NCBI RefSeq assembly: GCF_006345805.1
Contig: NC_042997.1
Location: 29,512,001-29,576,000, forward strand
Direction of reading: 5' to 3'
DNA: 64,000 nt
Source: Octopus sinensis
Taxonomy: Eukaryota
The notes under the pieces were generated by a model. The model made no database searches. It had not been told where the DNA came from and saw only the letters and a list, made by a program, of their open reading frames with translations. Positions 54,480-64,000 of this stretch are shown here, piece by piece; the first letter of the stretch is position 1; the number at the start of each line of letters is the position of its first letter. Both the position numbers and the translations under genes were made by a program.

Positions 54480-55430
54480 GCATTATATGCAGAAACGGAG
54501 TCATAGCACGACAAATAGCGATATTTACGCGTATAGCTTAGATACCAGGATTAATAATAATAAACATAAATACGACATGTATCACTCTAAGAGCAATAAA
54601 ATCGTGCCGTTCAGCAAGATAACCGAAAGAACGCGAGATATTAATTGGCTTATACTCCCATATGCTATGCAAATAAATACTGACTTAGATAAATCAATAT
54701 TCAAAATCATACATAAATACTCCAATAAGAATAGCAGGTATAGGAAAATTATTAATAGCAGATAGGTTATAGTCTCACATATAAATTAGCTAGCATCATT
54801 TCCATCCCTAAATAATAAAAAAATTCTTGACATTTCCTATTTAGATAGAAGTAAGAATGTTAGTAATAGCAGTAGTAGTAAGTATTTTAAAAGTAATAGC
54901 CCATAACCACAATAAAATTTAGTAACGATACAACTCTGAACCATAATAACCCTATCAAACTTAATACACCTAGCACCAACTCACTAGCAAGTAATTCCTT
55001 CCCACAGCACAACCCATGTGACAGTAGAAATAAAGATAATTACGACCTTGGAAATATTTGTAAAAGAAAAGCTGTAATTTACCAGTGCACTGTCAAAACA
55101 GAGTTTAGTAAAACGATATACATAGGAGCTATCCAAAATTAAATGAAACGAAGACTAGCTGCCACCAACACACTTTCAGAAACAGAAATAAGATTAACTC
55201 GACCGGATTAAGTAAATATATTTGGGAGCTTAAAGATAAAGATATTAGATTCGTTTTAAGATGTAAATTCCTTGCCACTGCACCTTTGTACAATGTAAGA
55301 AATAAGAAATGCCATCGTTGCGCTAATGAGAAATTTGTCATACTATCGGCACAACACCCATTACTTAACTTGAGGGAAGAGAGAAATATAGCTTGCCAGC
55401 ACAAGGGTAAGTTTACCTTTTTTAAATATA
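54480..55430 (+). pseudogene. Decayed Penelope-like element linker plus GIY-YIG endonuclease
   Basis: From 55017 it reads CDSRNKDN..GNICKRKAVIYQCTVK...TIYIGA, then after a stop and frameshift HTF...TGLSKYIWELK...KCHRCANEKFVI...LLNLREE..ACQHK. Confidence 0.78.
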
Positions 55431-56195
55431 AAAAGCATTAGAGACCCTTTGCATGATCCCCACAAATGGATCCCAGGGCTCTTCACCACAGAAATAGTAG
55501 ATTTCGATATTAAATGGTGGCGTATATTAAATTCTAAATTAAAACTAGTTTAATAATATTACACACCTAGGTCCCTAATAGGTAATCCAGGGGTAATATC
55601 CCTTCACCAACATATCCGAGTTTAAATTCCACCTCCCACACATAACTAAGTATTTAATATGTTTATTAACGCATATCTCCTTAATATAACCCCACACCTC
55701 CTTTAATAATGCCGGTTCTTTCAACTATGTACCAAATTAAGAATACAGAGGGCATAAGTAATCAATCAACTACAATTACCAACACTCTCTAAGTGAGCCT
55801 GTACCTGCCAACTAAGCAATGGCTGTATTTGCAACAAACATTGCGTTAACTTTGATTTCTACACCATGTGTTATCTTGTTTAAATTAACTTAAGTTCATT
55901 CTGGGCCTAATTTTCAGAGATTATGTGTCTACTTCCATTCATTGTTCAACTCATTGGTTTTACTCAATTAACACTCCACCCTACCCGTATAACATAGTTA
56001 TACTTAATATTAACTGCACACCTCTTTAGGTTGTATTTGCTTGTACTTTGTACTCAACTAGGCGCTTTCCTATGAACTATTATTGCCCTTACGCATATCT
56101 TTTAATGAAGGAATGGAAGTGAAATTTTGTGGTAGACCCAATATGGGTGCACCCAAGCAAGAGCTGATATAACGACAAGTTTAGTAATATTAACA

Positions 56196-56226
<31 letters not shown>

Positions 56227-56230
56227 AATG

Positions 56231-56281
<51 letters not shown>

Positions 56282-56352
56282 CAAGTATGATTTAGCAAAC
56301 TACAGTAGGAACTTGTATTTGTAACCATAATTGTAATTAGCAAGTAGTTTAA

Positions 56353-56655
56353 TTGTTGTGAGTGTTTATTGAGCGAAAACACCTAAAGCTCCACGAGGCT
56401 CCGGCAGGGGATGGTGGTGATCCCTGCTGTACTCTTTCATCACAACTTTCTCTCACTCTTACTTCCTGTTTCTGTTGTACCTGTATTTCAAAGGGCCGGC
56501 CTTGTCACTCTGTGTCACGCTGAATATCCTCGAGAACTACGTTAAGGGTACACGTGTCTGTGGAGTGCTCAGCCACTTACACGTTAATTTCACGAGCAGG
56601 CTGTTCCGTTGATTCGGATCAACCGGAACCCTCGTCGTCGTACCCGACGGGGTGT
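56353..56655 (+). mobile_element. SINE family B copy lacking the tRNA-like head
   Basis: gttgtgagtgtttattgagcgaaaacacctaaagc... matches the region from ~6590. Confidence 0.75.
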
Positions 56656-57197
56656 TTCCATTCCAGTTTAATTGTAATCATATAATTAATTTGTGATTTT
56701 ATAATTATGCCTTCTAATAGGTCCACTAGGCTGAATATATTTAGGAATGTTAAGACAATTTCTGTTTGTCTAGTAATACCACCGCTTGGGTACTGTGGTG
56801 GCTGTTTCAGAAGATAGATTTATTATTATAATGATATATTATAATTGTATGCCCTACCTATTACCTCTCCTTAATGGTAGTCTCCCCTTATCTGCAGTGC
56901 ATTTTTTCGAGGGTTGCTTTTTTACATGCTTGGTTCAATTATTTTTTTATAGCATAAGCAGCCAGGGGCCAATTATAACATATGCTACTTCTCCATACTT
57001 TTACTTTTTATTTACTTCTTTATTTGCATCTATCCCTGTAACGGTCTTAATAGCTTGCCCTTGGTTTTTTTAATTTAAATGATCAATTATATTAACAGCT
57101 TGACTTTGCTCACTCCCATTACGGGGAATAAGTGGTTGGTCTCTACAATATATCAGTAAGTAGATAAACGTAATTAATTTATGGGCATGTAATTTGG

Positions 57198-57242
<45 letters not shown>

Positions 57243-57280
57243 TAGATACAAGAACACAAGACATCCGATATATATATATA

Positions 57281-57317
<37 letters not shown>

Positions 57318-57600
57318 CAACAATTGAGGGCAAAATTAATTAATTATTAATCAATTTCACCAAGTGTTCAGTATGCAAAGGGGCCATTCAAGGCGAATTC
57401 AAATTATACATTATATAAAAGGGCTTAGTAAAATAAATTACTTTGCCGCATACTGAACTCATTAGAAATAGCAGCTAAAAAACTTTTTTAAAGCTATTTC
57501 TAATACTTAAAGAAAATCTCTCTCATATATAGTGTTTGCTTAATTCAACTCACAAAAGTTTGGGGGTAAGGACATCGAAAAATCAAATGCTAAGGTTATT

Positions 57601-57652
57601 TGAGAACGTACGTTTCAAGATTAGTCAAAACAACACTTCTATCATCAGCTCA
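57601..57652 (-). ncRNA. Minimal type-I hammerhead-like motif (array copy 1)
   Basis: Minus strand reads tgag CTGATGA [stem II] GAAA cgtacg TT ctca. Confidence 0.7.
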
Positions 57653-58142
57653 AAATTCCTTGGTTGGGATTTGGAAACACTGAAAATAAGAACATACCTT
57701 TTCGAAGATCTGCTCGTAACTAACAGTGCCAACAAATTCAAATAAGCAACGAAGAATCTCTGTTCTCCCCTTTCCACCAGCGTGGGTTAAAATCATCAAA
57801 CACTATGCTTATTTCGGTAAAATCCGAAGCATTAATCAGAGGGAGGTTAATTATAATTTCAACAATTGAGGGCAAAATTAATTAATTATTAATCAATTTC
57901 ACCAAGTGTTCAGTATGCAAAGGGACCATTCAAGGCGAATTCAAATTATTACATTATATAAAAGGGCTTAGTAAAATAAATTACTTTGCCGCATACTGAA
58001 CTCATTAGAAATAGCAGCTAAAAAACTTTTTTAAAGCTATTTCTAATACTTAAAGAAAATCTCTCTCATATATAGTGTTTGCTTATTTCAACTCACAAAA
58101 TTTGGGGGTAAGGACATCGAAAAATCAAATGCTAAGGTTATT

Positions 58143-58193
58143 TGAGACGTACGTTTCAAGATTAGTCAAAACAACACTTCTATCATCAGCTCA
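58143..58193 (-). ncRNA. Hammerhead-like motif (array copy 2; 1-nt deletion near the cleavage site)
   Basis: Same motif, but reads GAAAcgtacgTctca. Confidence 0.6.
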
Positions 58194-58682
58194 GAAATTC
58201 CTTGGTTTGGATTTGGAAACACTGAAAATAAGAACATACCTTTTCGAAGATCTGCTCGTAACTAACAGTGCCAAAAAATTCAAATAAGCAAGCGAAGAAT
58301 CTCTGTTCTCCCCTTTCCACCAGCGTGTTAAAATCATCAAACACTATGCTTATTTCGGTAAAATCCGAAGCATTAATCAGAGGGAGGTTAATTATAATTT
58401 CAACAATTGAGGGCAAAATTAATTAATTATTAATCAATTCACCAAGTGTTCAGTATGCAAAGGGACCATTCAAGGCGAATTCAAATTATTACATTATATA
58501 AAAGGGCTTAGTAAAATAAATTACTTTGCCGCATACTGAATCATTAGAAATAGCAGCTAAAAAACTTTTTTAAAGCTATTTCTAATACTTAAAGAAAATC
58601 TCTCTCATATATAGTGTTTGCTTAATTCAACTAACAAAAGTTTGGGGGTAAGGACATCGAAAAATCAAATGCTAAGGTTATT

Positions 58683-58734
58683 TGAGAACGTACGTTTCAA
58701 GATTAGTCAAAACAACACTTCTATCATCAGCTCA
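58683..58734 (-). ncRNA. Hammerhead-like motif (array copy 3)
   Basis: Same motif as copy 1. Confidence 0.7.
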
Positions 58735-59405
58735 GAAATTCCTTGGTTTGGATTGGAAACACTGAAAATAAGAACATACCTTTTCGAAGATCTGCTCGTA
58801 ACTAACAGTGCCAACAAATTCAAATAAGCAAGCGAAGAATCTCTGTTCTCCCCTTTCCACCAGCGTGGGTTAAAATCATCAAACACTATGCTTATTTCGG
58901 TAAAATCCGAAGCATTAATCAGAGGGAGATCAATTATAATTTCAACAATTGAGGGCAAAATTAATTAATTATTAATCAATTTCACCAAGTGTTCAGTATG
59001 CAAAGGGACCATTCAAGGCGAATTCAAATTATTACATTATATAGACTATTTCTAATGAGTTCAGTATGCGGCAAAGTAATTTTTTTTACTAAGCCCTTTT
59101 ATATAATGTAATAATTTGAATTCGCCTTGAATGGTCCCTTTGCATACTGAACACTTGGTGAATTGATTAATAATTAATTAATTTTGCCCTCATTGTTGAA
59201 ATTATAATTAATCCCCTCTGATTAATGCTTCGGATTTTACCGAAATAAGCATAGTGTTTGATGATTTTAACCCACGCTGGTGGAAAGGGGAGAACAGAGA
59301 TTCTTCGCTTGCTTATTTGAATTTGTTGCACTGTTAGTTACGAGCAGATCTTCGAAAAGGTATGTTCTTATTTTCAGTGTTTCCAAATCCAAACCAAGGA
59401 ATTTC

Positions 59406-59457
59406 TGAGCTGATGATAGAAGTGTTGTTTTGACTAATCTTGAAACGTACGTTCTCA
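59406..59457 (+). ncRNA. Hammerhead-like motif (array copy 4)
   Basis: tgag CTGATGA tagaagtgttgttttgactaatctt GAAA cgtacg TT ctca. Stem I is tgag/ctca and stem III is the palindrome acgtacgt. The stem II closing pair is a U-U mismatch. Confidence 0.7.
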
Positions 59458-59950
59458 AATAACCTTAGCATTTGATTTTTCGATGTCCTTACCCCCAAAC
59501 TTTTGTGAGTTGAATTAAGCAACACTATATATGAGAGAGATTTTCTTTAAGTATTAGAAATAGCTTTAAAAAAGTTTTTTAGCTGCTATTTCTAATGAGT
59601 TCAGTATGCGGCAAAGTAATTTATTTTTCTAAGCCCTTTTATATAATGTAATAATTTGAATTCGCCTTGAATGGTCCCTTTGCATACTGAACACTTGGTG
59701 AAATTGATTAATAATTAATTAATTTTTGCCCCTCAATTGTTGAAATTATAATTGATCTCCCTCTGATTAATGCTTCGGATTTTACCGAAATAAGCATAGT
59801 GTTTGATGATTTTAACCCACGCTGGTGGAAAGGGGAGAACAGAGATTCTTCGCTTGCTTATTTGAATTTGTTGGCACTGTTAGTTACGAGCAGATCTTCG
59901 AAAAGGTATGTTCTTAGTTTCAGTGTTTCCAATCCAAACCAAGGAATTTC

Positions 59951-60002
59951 TGAGCTGATGATAGAAGTGTTGTTTTGACTAATCTTGAAACGTACGTTCT
60001 CA
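59951..60002 (+). ncRNA. Hammerhead-like motif (array copy 5)
   Basis: Same motif as copy 4. Confidence 0.7.
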
Positions 60003-60487
60003 AATAACCTTAGCATTTGATTTTTCGATGTCCTTACCCCCAAACTTTTGTGAGTTGAATTAAGCAAACACTATATATGAGAGAGATTTTCTTTAAGTAT
60101 TAGAAATAGCTTTAAAAAAGTTTTTTAGCTGCTATTTCTAATGAGTTCAGTATGCGGCAAAGTAATTTATTTTACTAAGCCCTTTTATATAGGTAATAAT
60201 TTGAATTCGCCTTGAATGGTCCCTTTGCATACTGAACACTTGGTGAAATTGATTAATAATTTAATTTTGCCCTCAATTGTTGAAATTATAATTAATCTCC
60301 CTCTATTAATGCTTCGGATTTTACCGAAATAAGCATAGTGTTTGATGATTTTAACCCACGCTGGTGGAAAGGGAGAAAGAGATTCTTCGCTTGCTTATTT
60401 GATTTGTTGGCACTGTTAGTTACGAGCAGATCTTCGAAAAGGTATGTTCTTATTTTCAGTGTTTCCAAATCCAAACCAAGGAATTTC

Positions 60488-60539
60488 TGAGCTGATGATA
60501 GAAGTGTTGTTTTGACTAATCTTGAAACGTACGTTCTCA
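60488..60539 (+). ncRNA. Hammerhead-like motif (array copy 6)
   Basis: Same motif as copy 4. Confidence 0.7.
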
Positions 60540-60974
60540 AATAACCTTAGCATTTGATTTTTCGATGTCCTTACCCCCAAACTTTTGTGAGTTGAATTAA
60601 GCAAACACTATATATGAGAGAGATTTTCTTTAAGTATTAGAAATAGCTTTAAAAAAGTTTTTTAGCTGCTATTTCTAATGAGTTCAGTATGCGGCAAAGT
60701 AATTTATTTTACTAAGCCCTTTTATATAATATATATATATATTATATATATATATAGTTAATCCAAACAAAAAACACCAAAGACACAACAACGCGAGGAC
60801 GTGGACAAATATATATTATTGGACGCTCAGGAAAGAAGGGAAGAAGGAGGGTTTAACGTTTCGAGCGGAGCTCTTCGTCGTCGAGAAATAGGAGAAGGAA
60901 AGATCCAGAAAATGGAAGACAGAGGGAAAAATATCGCCAACGGTACACACGAGGTCACATTTATATATATATAC

Positions 60975-61010
<36 letters not shown>

Positions 61011-61056
61011 TTATATATTCATATATATTTATATATACTATATATATATATATATT

Positions 61057-61103
<47 letters not shown>

Positions 61104-61108
61104 ATATA

Positions 61109-61166
<58 letters not shown>

Positions 61167-62875
61167 AATAAATAGTTTTGAATAGTACAACAATTCACTA
61201 AAATACAACAATGTGCTATATACCTGTTGTAATTTAGTCATTCAAAGTCTGATAATACTTTGGAATAAAATTCCTTCTTTGGGTATTCTTAGATGTAATC
61301 GCTGCTATAATCGGTTTTCCAACGGCTTTTCTTTTTCGTTTTTGGAAGCGTCTCAGCAGTGGTCTCTAAAGGCTCCTTCCCAAATTCCTCAAGAGAAGTG
61401 CGTGAGGTCCGCTATGTCTCAATCTCCTGTGTGCTGGTACATGTGTAGGGCTACTTCTAAGTTTTGTATTATACATGCAGCTTCCTTTATTCCAGTTTTT
61501 TTCTTCTCTTTTTTGTTTCTAATAAACAATACATGAGCATTTTATCAAAAATGAACCTACACACATCCAAATGTAGCTAAATAATATATTGACTACCAAA
61601 CTTCAGCCTGATGTTAATATGGGGCCCTAGTCTGTGTATAAGTATAGCTTCCTTAATTCTTAAATTAAACAAATTTCTTTCATTGGCCGCAATTGTGACT
61701 GTTATGCATTTGTCGGTGTATATGCATGTTATATGTATATATATATATCGTAGCAGAAAGGACGAATTTCGATTATCCCCACATGGTGAGTTGTAATGTA
61801 AATAAAATATAATACATATATTATATAATATATATATGTGTATGTGTATATATATATTCTTATTTTAAGATAGTCTACATTTAACACTAGAGAAAACTAC
61901 CCTTAACAGTTAAGTTTTACATGATAGAAGAAGGAGCCAAAACGGCCAAAACCACGATTTAATAGCAATTTCCGAAAGAAATGAAAAATAAAAACTTTTA
62001 CCTAGTTATTTTTTTACGGTTATACCATGATTTTAAATTTCTTTATCAAATAAGATCACCTGCCACCCCTTAATAGGTAATTTAACAACTAAGATTATCT
62101 GCCAGGCGAAATGTCATCAGTAACCGGCCTCAATAACTAACTTATAATTCAGAGACAAATAACACGTAACCCATCATTATATGTTATAATTTTTCAAAAT
62201 TCAGCGCGCAGGCGCAGTTTCAGTCGGCAGTATATATATAATGCCGAGCTGATTCTTCGAGAATGCTAAGAACATATTTATAAGATACATATATAGGGTA
62301 GCGAATATAGGATAGCAGCCGTTTTGGCTGCTTCTTCTAGGATGTAAAAATTACCTGGTGAATGGTAGTGTTTAAATGTACACTATTTTAAAAGGAGAAT
62401 ATGTTGTCTGTTGACTATTTATACATGCTGGGCCACTGGTGGTGATATTTCTAACGAATATTCGCTACCCTATATATGTATCTTATGTATATATATATAT
62501 ATACCTCGTTCAGAGATTTATTATTGCTTGCATATAGTTTTTCGAGATCAGTGACGAAAAGTTACTGGAAAAACGATAAAAGTATTTGCATTGGGACATC
62601 CTTCATCGAAACCCGGTGATTGTCGTACGCCAACGACAGGTCAATACCTAGAAACTGCAGTCCGTGTGTATCACTTAGGTTGATGAGGGAGGGATGACCT
62701 CCCTTTGCAAATACAATAAGGGCACAGAAAGTGTGCCTCAAGTCAGATGGAGACGATGTTCTCCTGGGGCTACAATCTACAGTGACACCCACCCTTAGTG
62801 GTTAGCCATATTGAGATGGCAAGTATACCTCACATTGTCGTGCAGTTACTGTTTATACCTCGTTCAGAGATTTAT

Positions 62876-62918
<43 letters not shown>

Positions 62919-62933
62919 TAGATAGATAGATAG

Positions 62934-62966
<33 letters not shown>

Positions 62967-62969
62967 TAA

Positions 62970-63017
<48 letters not shown>

Positions 63018-64000
63018 TTATATTCATATATATGCGTGTGTGCGCGTGTCTGTTGTGTGTGTTTGTATGTATATGTATATGTATGTCTTTGCTTCTGTAT
63101 TTGAGTACCATGGAACCTTTCTAACTATTGCTGGTGTGTTTACATCCACGGAATATAGTGTTTCGGCAAGAGACCGATCGTCTAAATACCAAGCTTAAAA
63201 ATAAATAATGGGGTCGTTTCCGTTGACTAAAATTCTCCAAAGCACTGGCCCACTATGATGGCAGTCTAATGACTGTAAGAACGAAATGTTAAAAGAGGAA
63301 AATACTTCATGAGAGTGCCTATGTCTAGAAATAAAGAGCATGGCTGATAGAACCACTAGAAAGAATAATGATTTCAAAAGCGAGATTCTTTGACAGCGTC
63401 AATGGTTTACATTAAAAATCAATTGCTGGTATCACTCTTTTCAGAGCAATCACTATCGTTTATCTGGATTGAAGTATTTTCTTTATATGTTTTCACTTAC
63501 TGTACACATATATACATATATATGCAGATATATTTTGAGGCTGTTTTTTTCTATCATTATATTACGCATAGCCTGAGTTTCCATATTGATTTTTTCAGTT
63601 GTTATCCGTTGATACTTAAGTAGTTTCTTTATAGCATAGTTTAGGATTTTCTTCAACTTAAAATTCAATTTAGAATTCTTATGGTTCTTAATTCGTTTTC
63701 TTTACACTTGATTATTTATGCGGCGTCTAGATGATAAGGTGTCTTTTTTCATAGAGATTGTAATGAACAATGCCCTGAACAACAATACAAATTATGTCTA
63801 GACCCCAAACCTGCAAAATTAAATTTCAATCTATCAATCTACTTATTTATTCATTTCTATAACCTCAGCTGTACAGAAATATAAAGTAAAGTGCAAGCCA
63901 TTGTTTTGTCACAGTTAAATCATTTTTCAGTCCTGTATTTCAATCTCTGCTGAACAATTCAAAGGAAAACTTCAGTTTCAACATTAATTATCACAAGATG

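Larger units (their letters stand above)
57314..60729. repeat. Palindromic tandem array of ~542-bp units, one hammerhead-like motif per full unit, flanked by (TA)n
   Basis: Unit starts (atttcaacaattgagggc) at 57314, 57856, 58397 and 58939. Orientation flips at ~59044-59046, about 3.1 inverted units follow to 60729, and (TA)n lies on both sides. Confidence 0.95.

Noticed and set aside
57536-60604. Repeated 60-87 aa ORFs in the array (MLNSTHKSLGVRT..., MPSIVEII...)
   Set aside because: Frames shift between copies, ORFs are open on both strands, and no motif is recognisable.
57314-60729. Array as CRISPR or ordinary satellite
   Set aside because: The context is eukaryotic and there are no unique spacers. 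A plain satellite does not explain the hammerhead motif or the inversion.

Overview
AT-rich, microsatellite-dense eukaryotic genomic DNA. The repeat families look like those of a cephalopod, most likely Octopus (recognised from memory, not by database search). One intact protein-coding gene can be assembled by hand: a four-coding-exon, 139-aa secreted protein with four EF-hand-like loops (+ strand, 31267-43847), which the ORF track shows only in part. The rest is mostly repeats: SINEs, decayed LINEs (R4/Dong-, RTE-, CR1/L2- and L1/Tx1-like), Tc1 and mariner relics, MITE- and Helitron-like elements, and Penelope-like (PLE) RT and GIY-YIG fragments. The most striking signal is about 18 type-I hammerhead ribozyme-like motifs (stem I - CUGANGA - stem II - GAAA - short, often palindromic stem III - UH - stem I'). 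They belong to several unrelated small repeat families, mostly sit next to (TA)n tracts and are often in fold-back arrangements. Six of them lie in a ~3.4-kb palindromic tandem array of ~542-bp units (57314-60729), one per full unit, an architecture resembling retrozymes or PLE pLTR arrays. All motif calls were made by eye; no folding, alignment or database search was run, and ribozyme activity is untested.
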